Below, piece after piece: positions 1-8,329 of a stretch of DNA of 64,000 nt. Location of the stretch: NCBI GenBank assembly GCA_949948835.1, contig CATLHF010000001.1, positions 1,069-65,068 of the forward strand. The letters are read 5' to 3'. A program made the position numbers and the translations under genes. How positions within the stretch are numbered: the first letter of the stretch is position 1; every line of letters starts with the position of its first letter. Below the pieces are notes generated by a model. That model ran no database searches and was not told where the DNA came from. It saw nothing but the letters and a program-made list of their open reading frames with translations. Origin of the DNA: an uncultured Clostridia bacterium. GTDB taxonomy: Bacteria > Bacillota > Clostridia > TANB77 > CAG-508.

Positions 1-860
1 TAAAAGGATAATGGCGAAATGTTAAATACGAAATCTCCTAATTTATCTTGTATATATCCATTGCCATATAAGATTTTGTTCTTATCTCCCATAATAACAT
101 TGGTATTTTTTTGATTAATATTTTTTACGATTGTTTTTATTTCAGGAAATTTTGCTTTTAACTCTTCCACTAATTTTGCTTCATTTGGAATGGTTTTTTC
201 ATTTGTAACAAGGACGCACATCACTTCATTTGTTTTAAGTCCTACTTTTACTACAATATGGCGAATGGCTCCTTTTCGTGTTTTTTCGTTATAAGCCAAA
301 ATTTGATTTTCTTTCATAAAATCAATTACAAATTTCGCAATTTCTTGTGAAATTGGCATTTGAATGGCACAAGAATCTAATTCAATTATCTCATGCGTTC
401 TTTGTGCATATACACCTGTTATAATTTCTCCGTTTTTGTTATATCCTACAGGATATTGTGCCTTATTACGATAAAAAAATGGTTTTTGCATTCCAATTGT
501 TTCTTTTACAATTACTTTTTTTGCTAACGTTTTATTAATTAGATTTTGTACCATATCTCTTTTTAATTTTAGCGTTTCTTCATACTTCATATGTCTTAAA
601 TTACAACCACCACATCGTTTATAGGTATTACAATCTGCATTTTGTCTAGCATTAGAAGAGATAATGATTTCTATGACTTTTCCAAATGCATGTGAGGTAT
701 TAACTTTTACAATTAGTATTTTTACCTTTTCGCCTTTCATTGCCCCTGGTATAAAAACGGTAAAATTTTCAATTTTAGCAATTCCTTCTCCATCACAACC
801 ATAATCAATAATGTCTACAATATATTCTCTATTTTTTTGAACTAGTATTTTATTTTCCAT
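1..860 (-). CDS. 23S rRNA (uracil-5-)-methyltransferase, RumA/RlmD family; C-terminal part runs off the left window edge
   Basis: Not in the ORF track because it is open at the edge. Manual translation from the ATG at 858-860 (rc) gives MENKILVQKNREYIVDIIDYGCDGEGIAKIENFTVFIPGAMKGEKVKILIVKV (TRAM-like domain), followed by the CNTYKRCGGCNLRHM cysteine cluster typical of RumA-type enzymes. Confidence 0.8.
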   Translation of the reverse strand, partial: MENKILVQKNREYIVDIIDYGCDGEGIAKIENFTVFIPGAMKGEKVKILIVKVNTSHAFGKVIEIIISSNARQNADCNTYKRCGGCNLRHMKYEETLKLKRDMVQNLINKTLAKKVIVKETIGMQKPFFYRNKAQYPVGYNKNGEIITGVYAQRTHEIIELDSCAIQMPISQEIAKFVIDFMKENQILAYNEKTRKGAIRHIVVKVGLKTNEVMCVLVTNEKTIPNEAKLVEELKAKFPEIKTIVKNINQKNTNVIMGDKNKILYGNGYIQDKLGDFVFNISPLSF

Positions 861-869
861 TCTTTACTC

Positions 870-1607
870 CTAATTTTTTCTTTGTAAAATGTTAGAAAGC
901 ATGCTTCCATCTCTATAATCTGCAACACAACAAAAGTCTATCATTCCATTTTTATTTAGTGCTTCATAAATTTGATTATTATAGGATGCTAAATCATCGT
1001 TTTCGTTTGGCTGATGAACAAATATTGCCTTTCCGCCATTGTTATGTACAAATCCCATTGCTGGTGCATCTGTATAGCCATCACCTATAAAATAAACGTT
1101 TCTACAATCATTTTCTTGCCTATTATTCTTTTTTAATATATCACGAATAGCTAATATCTTCTTCTCATCTGTCATCACTTCGCCAATTCCAGAAATTAAT
1201 GCACTTTTATTATGTTGCACAGGTGTTCCATAAATACCTTTAAAATATTTCGCTGTTTCAAGGTTCTGTAAGAATTCTCTTAATCCTCCAGAAACAATAT
1301 AATTCTTCGCACATGACATTTCCAAAAAATCATTTATTCCAGGATTATAGGTAATATACTTCTCTCCTTGCATTAGTTCTTCATATGTAATCGTTTCCTT
1401 CTGCTCTACTAATAAATCATTAAAAAAACCAAAAAATGTTTCAAGTTCATTTCCAATACGATTTTTTCGATATTCTGCAAGTGCATTTTCTAAATTGTCA
1501 TTTCTTTCTTCTCCATTATATCCAAATTTTTTAACCCATACCCAAAACTTTGGCCAAGTTTGTGTTGTTAATGTTCCGTCAAAATCAAATATATTTATTG
1601 GTTCCAT
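870..1607 (-). CDS. HAD-superfamily hydrolase
   Basis: ORF 870..1646. Start moved to MEPINIF, which has GGAGG 5 nt upstream. Carries the HAD motif I FDFDGTLT and motif IV GDGYTDAPAM. Confidence 0.7.
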   Translation of the reverse strand: MEPINIFDFDGTLTTQTWPKFWVWVKKFGYNGEERNDNLENALAEYRKNRIGNELETFFGFFNDLLVEQKETITYEELMQGEKYITYNPGINDFLEMSCAKNYIVSGGLREFLQNLETAKYFKGIYGTPVQHNKSALISGIGEVMTDEKKILAIRDILKKNNRQENDCRNVYFIGDGYTDAPAMGFVHNNGGKAIFVHQPNENDDLASYNNQIYEALNKNGMIDFCCVADYRDGSMLSNILQRKN

Positions 1608-1709
1608 ATTAGCCTCCATTCTTTTGTCATTATATACAAATTTCACATAGTTTGCAATATAATTATGAAGATTTGATTCTTACAAATTTTAAAAAATTCC
1701 CAATTTCTA

Positions 1710-1744
1710 TTGACAACAAAATCACAAATATGCTAAGATATAAT
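1710..1744 (+). promoter_or_regulatory. Candidate sigma-A promoter for tRNA-Leu
   Basis: TTGACA at 1710-1715, an 18-nt spacer ending in TGc, TAAGAT at 1734-1739 and an overlapping TATAAT at 1739-1744. It lies about 20 nt upstream of the tRNA 5' end. Confidence 0.4.
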
Positions 1745-1759
1745 CTGTTAATACGAAAT

Positions 1760-1843
1760 GCGGATGTGGCGGAACTGGTAGACGCGCTGGTCTTAGGAAC
1801 CAGTGTCAACGACGTGGGGGTTCGAGTCCCTTCATCCGCACCA
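1760..1843 (+). tRNA. tRNA-Leu, anticodon TAG (reads CUA/CUG), class II long variable arm, encoded CCA
   Basis: Acceptor gcggatg pairs with catccgc. Anticodon stem ctggt/accag has the 7-nt loop cTTAGga. A long variable arm, a GTTCGAGTC T-loop and a terminal ACCA are present. Confidence 0.9.
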
Positions 1844-1849
1844 GTCTAG

Positions 1850-1889
1850 GTGTTCTTATAGGATTTAGCGTTCCATAAGAACACTTTTT
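1850..1889 (+). terminator. Rho-independent terminator after tRNA-Leu
   Basis: Hairpin gtgttcttatagga / ttccataagaacac followed by TTTTT. Confidence 0.7.
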
Positions 1890-2139
1890 ATTATGACGAT
1901 AATTTTATACTTGTATTTTTCTACATTCATTGATATATCGGTCTTATATCGATTTCTTTATATAATGTTACCCCCGTATTACATATAGGGAGTGTCGTGG
2001 CTGTCGCTTTACGACGCCACTTCTCATCTATGTTAATTTTAATTACGTATAAATGCTTAAAGTTAAGATATTGTAAAATTAAAGAAAATCTAATATAATT
2101 ATTAATATAATGATTATTAACGGTGTGAGGAATATTATT

Positions 2140-2730
2140 ATGAAAAAATTAATTATAATAACAGGTGTTAGTGGTACAGGTAAAACAACTCTTGCTAAAA
2201 TTTTATATAAAAAATTAGAAAACGGTATTTTATTATCATATGATGAATTTAGTGAAATGATATATGATATGATAGGATTTAAAAATAAGGAACAAAAAAA
2301 GCATTTGTATTATTTAAAAATAGAAATGTATAAAAAATTAATAGAAGAATGTATGCAAAGAGAAGATGAAATAATAATACTAGAGAAACCATTTAAAATA
2401 GAATGGAAGGATTTCTTAAAAAACTTAATAACTAAGTACAAATACGAAACTTATACAATTAATATATTTGCTAAAGATTTTCAAACAATCTGGAATAGAT
2501 TATTAGAGCGAGAAAAATCAAAAGAAGAAAGGCATCCAGCACATTATTTAAACTCATACTATTACAATAAACGAAATGAATATAAACCATTTTTTGAATA
2601 TAAATATGACGATTTTAAGTCAGAATATGATAATTTACTTTCAAATAGTATAAATTTAGGAAATGTTATAAATATAGACGATATTGAAAAAGTTAATGTA
2701 GATAAACTTATAAAAAATTTAATGATATAA
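2140..2730 (+). CDS. P-loop NTPase / kinase-like protein (AAA_33-like)
   Basis: ORF 2110..2730. Start moved to MKKLIIITG, which follows a GTGAGGA RBS. Walker A motif GVSGTGKTT. The rest has no recognisable family. Confidence 0.6.
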   Translation: MKKLIIITGVSGTGKTTLAKILYKKLENGILLSYDEFSEMIYDMIGFKNKEQKKHLYYLKIEMYKKLIEECMQREDEIIILEKPFKIEWKDFLKNLITKYKYETYTINIFAKDFQTIWNRLLEREKSKEERHPAHYLNSYYYNKRNEYKPFFEYKYDDFKSEYDNLLSNSINLGNVINIDDIEKVNVDKLIKNLMI

Positions 2731-2858
2731 AGAGAATTTTTTTAATAAATATATTTTATATAATTATTAATTTTTAAGTATTTGTTAATAATTCCTATAA
2801 GAACGCTCCGACCAATAACGTTTCTGTTCGAACCAAACCAGAACAGATAGATATGAAT

Positions 2859-2893
2859 ATCAATCAGAAATTAAAATCTGGTTGATTTTTTTG
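2859..2893 (+). terminator. Terminator-like hairpin plus T7 run in an otherwise unannotated spacer
   Basis: atcaatcaga / tctggttgat (one G-T pair) followed by ttttttt. It is preceded by a second hairpin, tctgttc/gaacaga, at about 2823-2847. Confidence 0.5.
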
Positions 2894-3151
2894 TTGTCTA
2901 AAAACAATATGAAATCATCCAAGCGAAAGGATGGTGCGAAAAATGAAGATAATTAATCAATTTATTGACCAATTTTTTATTGACCAATTTTAATATGCTC
3001 TTATTCAAAAATGGCCAATAAATTTCAAAAATATTCCTTGAAAATCCATGAACTTTATGTCAATATTATATAATCATGAATTTTTAATTCACTGTAATAA
3101 AAACGAGCAACGTATTTGTGATAATTTCACAAATGGAAAGGAGGTAATGTT

Positions 3152-3199
3152 ATGATTATGAATAGCGAAGCTTTAAAAAAAGAGGAAGGACACGGATAG
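3152..3199 (+). CDS. 15-codon upstream micro-ORF (MIMNSEALKKEEGHG), possible leader peptide
   Basis: A perfect AAAGGAGG RBS lies 8 nt upstream of the ATG. The ORF ends 32 nt before the start of the 3232 gene. Confidence 0.25.
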   Translation: MIMNSEALKKEEGHG

Positions 3200-3231
3200 C
3201 TAAAGAGACTAATAGTTAGGAGGTATACTAC

Positions 3232-3729
3232 ATGAATAACGACAACTCTAACATTTTCAGTAATCAATCAGGTATAAGCCTATGGGATCCATCAGAGGAA
3301 TCTACATATTATGACCGAAAAATGGATTTACAAGGCGAGGTTCCCACTAGTGGTTCAATGGAGGAAGCAAAGATGCTTTTTAAATGTAAGTACAGAAAAA
3401 CAAACAAAAAGAATTTAGTATCATTTGTGTTGTTTCTTGCTATAGTAGTAATTCTACTACTTACATCTGTTGTTTTTTATGAAAAAACGCATGCTGAATT
3501 TGATGAAAAAATTTCAGGAAAAGAAGCAACAGTGGTAACTGAAGTTGCAACTATTCATTATGATGAGCCTTTGGGACGGAATACAGATACCGTCACAAAG
3601 TCGAAAGAACTTATCTTGACTGGAAAAGTAGCACATTTCTTACAAGATGATATGCCTATGATGGAAGTTCGTTTAGAAAATGATACCTTGGCTTGGATAT
3701 CAAAAAGAGATATTGCTATTTCAGAATAA
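3232..3729 (+). CDS. Hypothetical single-pass membrane protein with a small extracytoplasmic C-terminal domain
   Basis: AGGAGG RBS. One TM segment (LVSFVLFLAIVVILLLTSVVFY). A terminator follows directly. Contains an in-frame CGG at 3577-3579. Confidence 0.6.
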   Translation: MNNDNSNIFSNQSGISLWDPSEESTYYDRKMDLQGEVPTSGSMEEAKMLFKCKYRKTNKKNLVSFVLFLAIVVILLLTSVVFYEKTHAEFDEKISGKEATVVTEVATIHYDEPLGRNTDTVTKSKELILTGKVAHFLQDDMPMMEVRLENDTLAWISKRDIAISE

Positions 3730-3747
3730 CTAAAACGACAATGAAGA

Positions 3748-3788
3748 ATAGCGAATTAGAAATCTGTTTTTTCAATTCGCTATTTTTC
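3748..3788 (+). terminator. Rho-independent terminator
   Basis: atagcgaatt / aattcgctat followed by TTTT. Confidence 0.7.
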
Positions 3789-3883
3789 AATTTATAAGAG
3801 TTTTGAAAAAAATTTAATATTTTAATTAAGCACAAACCTCTCGCCTTACTGGTTGTTTCTTATCCAGTAGGGCGTATCCATTT

Positions 3884-4054
3884 TTATTTCTTCTCGTCAT
3901 AGTGATAACTAGAACACATTGATTCATCTGGTTGTTTTGTTTTACAATCTTGTATTGGTGTAACAATAATCTGTTCTAAAGAACATTCTTGTTCTTGGTT
4001 TTTATTGTATTTACAACTTGTTACTGTACAATTAATTTTTTGATTTTTATCCAT
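3884..4054 (-). CDS. DUF1540-like small Cys-rich protein
   Basis: Start moved to MDKNQKINCTVTSCKYN, which follows AAGAGGAGG. The CxxxxC pattern is typical of DUF1540. Confidence 0.6.
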   Translation of the reverse strand: MDKNQKINCTVTSCKYNKNQEQECSLEQIIVTPIQDCKTKQPDESMCSSYHYDEKK

Positions 4055-4120
4055 AAAAAATGACCTCCTCTTTTTTAATAGTATGGCCATTTTTTTGTGT
4101 TTCTATTTAACTTTTTTAAT

Positions 4121-4846
4121 TTATTTTATTTCTTTTTTTGATTCAATTTGTTTTGTTTTTGTTTCTTCAACACTTCGATCACAACATTCTTGAGGTTGTT
4201 TAAAACTTAAATACCAATTAAATCCATTTCGATTTTTTGCAATATCACTCATTCTTTCTTCTAGTGCTTGATACGTTTGTGGCATTGGTACAATCATTGG
4301 TTCATATGGGCACCAATTAGCAGGTGTTGCACCTTTATTACAATCTGCAATTTGTAAAGCTTGTAATAACCTTAGTATTTCTGGTATGCATCTTCCTACA
4401 TTCATTGGATAAACTAAAATCGCACGAACAATTCCTTTGTCATCTATGATAAACACATTTCGAACTGTTTCGGTATTGCTTATATCATTTGAAATCATAC
4501 CGTATTTTCTTGCAATCGTTCCATTTCTATCTGCTATAATTGGAAAAGGAACACGAATTCCCGTCTTACAATAAATATCATACATCCACGCTAAGTGTGA
4601 TGCATTGCTATCTACACTTAATCCCAATAAACAAGCATTTTGTGCCTTAAAATATGTATCCGCCTTACTAAATGCTATCATTTCAGTCGTACAAACGGGT
4701 GTAAAATCTCCTGGATGCGAAAACAATACAACCCATTTTCCTTTATAATCGCTTAGTGATATATCTCCCATTGTTGTTTGTGCTTCAAAATCTGGTGCAT
4801 ACATACCAATACGAACATTTCCGTTCATCATTACTTCATAATCCAT
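4121..4846 (-). CDS. Peroxiredoxin (Prx6/1-Cys-like) with a C-terminal Cys-containing extension
   Basis: Active-site motif FSHPGDFTPVCTTE. AhpC/TSA fold is recognisable along the whole length. Confidence 0.85.
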   Translation of the reverse strand: MDYEVMMNGNVRIGMYAPDFEAQTTMGDISLSDYKGKWVVLFSHPGDFTPVCTTEMIAFSKADTYFKAQNACLLGLSVDSNASHLAWMYDIYCKTGIRVPFPIIADRNGTIARKYGMISNDISNTETVRNVFIIDDKGIVRAILVYPMNVGRCIPEILRLLQALQIADCNKGATPANWCPYEPMIVPMPQTYQALEERMSDIAKNRNGFNWYLSFKQPQECCDRSVEETKTKQIESKKEIK

Positions 4847-4902
4847 AATAAAAAACTCCCTTCCTATTTTGTATATTTTATGAAGAGGAGTTTTGTTTTG
4901 TG

Positions 4903-5340
4903 CTATTTTGTTGTATTTAGCGTTTTATTTTTAAAAATGATTAATTTGCTTAAAATGTAATTGGTTAAAATAACAATGATTTGAGCAATTACTTTTACTA
5001 GCATATCGTTTATATGGAACCAATCAATCATTATATACATAATAAGTGTCTCAAGTAATAAGGTAAAGATTCGACTTGCAACAAATAAAACAAATTCTTT
5101 TATCAAAAGGAAAGTCGTTTCTGTTTTACTTTCAAAAACAAAAGCTTTATTGGTAACATATGCAAATAAAACAGCTGCTACCCATGATATGAAGTTGCTT
5201 ACAACGTAATCGAACGCAAGACGACAAAGATAGTATGTTAACATCGATACAACAAACGTTAACCCGCCAAAAATTAAATAATTTATTATTTCTTTATATT
5301 GTACATATAAATTCTTACATTTGTAGTATAGTTCCTTCAA
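4903..5340 (-). CDS. GtrA-family membrane protein
   Basis: 145 aa with 4 TM segments. N-terminus (INYLIFGGLTFVVSMLTYY) is typical of GtrA. TTG start follows a GGGGGA RBS. Confidence 0.7.
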   Translation of the reverse strand: MKELYYKCKNLYVQYKEIINYLIFGGLTFVVSMLTYYLCRLAFDYVVSNFISWVAAVLFAYVTNKAFVFESKTETTFLLIKEFVLFVASRIFTLLLETLIMYIMIDWFHINDMLVKVIAQIIVILTNYILSKLIIFKNKTLNTTK

Positions 5341-5359
5341 GGTGTTTCCCCCATTTCTT

Positions 5360-7096
5360 TTATTTTACATTTTTTGCTTGTTTTAGACGTACATGTCCTA
5401 ATTCTTCCCAGCTATTATAAGCTAAGTTTAGTCGAAATAGTAGTGTTGGTTTTGCGCCAGCTCTGTTCTTATCTACCACACAAACATAATATCTTACATC
5501 TGGATCTTCAAAATGCTCTACATAAAAAAATTTCGTATCGACTTCTTTTAAAGAATATTCATAGTTTTCATAGTTTTCACGGTTAATCTGTTTGATTAAG
5601 CATAGGGTATCTAATACCTCTTTTACTGTTCTACTAACTGCTAAATCGTTTACGGTTAAATTAACAGGCAAAGTTGAGCTTTCTGCTAATTGTAATGTTG
5701 CAAAAATAAACATATTGAAATTTTGAGCTAAGTTAGAAAGAATCGTTGCTGTTTTTTTCAATTCTTCCCCTATTCCGATGTTTGCAACATCTGTTTTTAA
5801 AGTATCATAAAATACATATTCTATCTTTTCTTTATAATAATAATTCATAATAACTTTTCTTAGCTCGTCATTGGTATGGTCTGTAATGTTAATAAAGTAA
5901 ATTGAATTCTCCATTTCTTTATTAACCCAGTCAGTAACTGCAATTGTTTCTCTAAATTCCGTAGATATCTTTGATAATCGTTTTACAAAATCTTTTTTGC
6001 TTTCTTTTTCTTCTTGTAAAACAAATCCATTTTCATCTACCTTTACGCCTTTTGTATCATCTGGTCTAAATTTAAATTCTAACAATTCTCCTTCTGTTTT
6101 ATGAAGGTTATGTCCGTGTATTTTCTGAATTTCTGGATTATTTAAAATAGTAGTAATTAAGCAAAGTCTCATTTTTTCTTCTGACATCTCATTTGAAATA
6201 ACTAACACTTTCTTTTTATGTACAAATGCTGTATAAGCAGCAATGTTAATTGTGAATCTACTTTTACCAGCATTAGATGGCATAGCAAATGCTGTTGTTT
6301 CTCCTTTTCGAATCCCTTTAAAGACACTAGATAGAATAGGAAATGGATATTCTAATCCATTGGTCAAGTTATTATCCCCTTCTTGCAAAAATTTTGTTAA
6401 ATCCATATTTAAAACAGCACGTTTGAATTTCTCGGTTGCAGTTACTTGTTCTACTGCACTTTCTACCTCTTCTACTGACATTTCATGGTATAATTCATAG
6501 TTTGCAATTTCTACAATTCTTTCTTGAATATGCTTAATTGGAACTTCTCTATAATGTTTTCTTAAAACAAATAATTTCTTTAATTCAATATACACTTCTT
6601 CAATTCCATATCCAGATTCAAGTGCATTTTCTTTTACTTCATAAGCTAATTGTTCTGTTCTATCATTATCTCTTGGAAAGTTAAATCCTTTTTTTGCAAT
6701 TTCTGGTGCATAAGCCTCTCCATCGGTAAATAAAATTCGTTTATATAAATTCAAGATTTCGCTATTTTCAAAATAACATTCTGCAAATAGAAAATAATAT
6801 TTTACAATTGCTTCTGGATTATCTAATAACAATCCTATATAATTTTCCTCTAGTCTTTCATCACTTAATTCTTCTGGATAAATCGCTTTTTTTATGGTTT
6901 CATCCTCTTCTTTTGTTGCAAAAACCGAATTAAGTTCTCCTCTTATTTCTGTTGGTAAACTATCCATTTTTTCTAAAGCTAATTGTAAATCTCCATCACT
7001 AATCGCTGTTCTAATATCATCTAAAATCTCTTCGTTTTCATAGGTTACAGGAATACTATTTACTAATTCCAATAACGCATTTTCTGTTTCATTCAT
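5360..7096 (-). CDS. DnaB-like helicase C-terminal-domain protein with a long unrelated N-terminal region
   Basis: Residues about 260-480 carry a DnaB_C/RecA-like pattern: AMPSNAGKSRFTINIAAYTA..KKVLVISNEMSEEKMRLCLI and ATLQLAESS. The first ~250 aa were not recognised. Confidence 0.6.
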   Translation of the reverse strand: MNETENALLELVNSIPVTYENEEILDDIRTAISDGDLQLALEKMDSLPTEIRGELNSVFATKEEDETIKKAIYPEELSDERLEENYIGLLLDNPEAIVKYYFLFAECYFENSEILNLYKRILFTDGEAYAPEIAKKGFNFPRDNDRTEQLAYEVKENALESGYGIEEVYIELKKLFVLRKHYREVPIKHIQERIVEIANYELYHEMSVEEVESAVEQVTATEKFKRAVLNMDLTKFLQEGDNNLTNGLEYPFPILSSVFKGIRKGETTAFAMPSNAGKSRFTINIAAYTAFVHKKKVLVISNEMSEEKMRLCLITTILNNPEIQKIHGHNLHKTEGELLEFKFRPDDTKGVKVDENGFVLQEEKESKKDFVKRLSKISTEFRETIAVTDWVNKEMENSIYFINITDHTNDELRKVIMNYYYKEKIEYVFYDTLKTDVANIGIGEELKKTATILSNLAQNFNMFIFATLQLAESSTLPVNLTVNDLAVSRTVKEVLDTLCLIKQINRENYENYEYSLKEVDTKFFYVEHFEDPDVRYYVCVVDKNRAGAKPTLLFRLNLAYNSWEELGHVRLKQAKNVK

Positions 7097-7212
7097 AACT
7101 TCTTCTCCTACCTTTTTCTAAATTAGTCATTTGTTATTATTTTATTTAAATATTTTACTAGATTGATTATATATGATACAATTGTTGGTGTCAATTAAAG
7201 GAGGAAATTTTT

Positions 7213-7617
7213 ATGTTTTCAGAGAGCAAAATCGTTGTTCGTTATGCAGAAACTGATAAAATGGGAATTGTTCATCATAGTGTATACCCTATCTGGTATG
7301 AATTTACCCGTACAGAATTTAGTAAAAATATGGGAATTTCATATGTTTCTATGGAAGAAAGAGGTCTTATGATGCCACTTGTAGAACTTAGTTGTAAATA
7401 CATTCGTCCTGCTGATTATGATGATACCTTAACAGTTAGAGCTTGGATTTCAAAACTTACTCCTGCAAGAATTGAATTTTCCTATGAAATTTATAAAGAA
7501 GGTATATTGATTAATACAGGATATACTCTTCATGCATGGGTAGGGAAAGATTTAAAACCGACCAACTGTAAAAAGAATTTTCCAGATATTTATCAAAAAC
7601 TCCAAGAAACCATGTAG
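7213..7617 (+). CDS. Acyl-CoA thioesterase, YbgC/4HBT family
   Basis: VRYAETDKMGIVHHSVYPIWYE hot-dog fold signature. A terminator hairpin follows. Confidence 0.8.
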   Translation: MFSESKIVVRYAETDKMGIVHHSVYPIWYEFTRTEFSKNMGISYVSMEERGLMMPLVELSCKYIRPADYDDTLTVRAWISKLTPARIEFSYEIYKEGILINTGYTLHAWVGKDLKPTNCKKNFPDIYQKLQETM

Positions 7618-7632
7618 TTTCTTGGAGTTTTT

Positions 7633-7839
7633 CTAATCTTTTTCATATTCTAAAATATCTCCTGGCTGGCAATCTAATACCTCACAAATTTTTTCTAGGG
7701 TAGAAAAGCGAATTGCTTTTCCTTTATTTGTTTTTAAAATAGATAAATTCGCGGTTGTAATTCCTATTTTATTAGAAAGTTCCAAAGAAGATATTTTTCG
7801 TTTTGCCATCATAACATCTAAGTTCACAATAATTCCCAT
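7633..7839 (-). CDS. Cro/C1-type HTH transcriptional regulator (YozG-like)
   Basis: 68 aa. KISSLELSNKIGITTANLSILKTNK..IRFSTLEKICEVLDCQPGDILEY. Confidence 0.85.
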   Translation of the reverse strand: MGIIVNLDVMMAKRKISSLELSNKIGITTANLSILKTNKGKAIRFSTLEKICEVLDCQPGDILEYEKD

Positions 7840-7858
7840 TCTTCTTCCTCCCTATCTT

Positions 7859-8317
7859 TTAAATAGTTAAATCATTTTCTTCTTTATAATAAATTGCTTT
7901 TTTCCACAATTCAGCTAACACATAACTGCCAAGCCATGCAATAACAAATACACCAACAACAATAATGCCGAAAATGGAATTAGTAACAGCAAATATTCCT
8001 ATAGCATATTCAATTGCGATTATAAAAGAACAAATTGATATAAGTCTTAATGACTGCACATTTTCCTTGACAAATGGGTTATCCTTTTTAAGGGATTCAA
8101 ACATATGGATAAATTCGTTTACAATCACAATAGCGGGTAATCCAGAAATATATAATAAAATAAGTGCACGTACATAATTCAATTCTGGATTGATGTAATA
8201 AATATAAGCTTTTAATAATATTGGCAGTAAAACATAGATGGTAGCTCCTATGATAAGAATGATTTGTAAAAATAATTTAATAAAGCTAGATAGACTTTTG
8301 TTTCCTGTTACTTTCAT
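7859..8317 (-). CDS. DUF2975-like membrane protein
   Basis: 152 aa with 4 TM segments, immediately upstream of a YozG-like HTH gene, which is the usual pairing. Confidence 0.6.
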   Translation of the reverse strand: MKVTGNKSLSSFIKLFLQIILIIGATIYVLLPILLKAYIYYINPELNYVRALILLYISGLPAIVIVNEFIHMFESLKKDNPFVKENVQSLRLISICSFIIAIEYAIGIFAVTNSIFGIIVVGVFVIAWLGSYVLAELWKKAIYYKEENDLTI

Positions 8318-8329
8318 TACTAAACTCCT

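Noticed and set aside
1652-1849. 65-aa ORF in the ORF track.
   Set aside because: It runs straight through the tRNA-Leu gene (1760-1843) and its promoter. It has no RBS, so it is a spurious frame.
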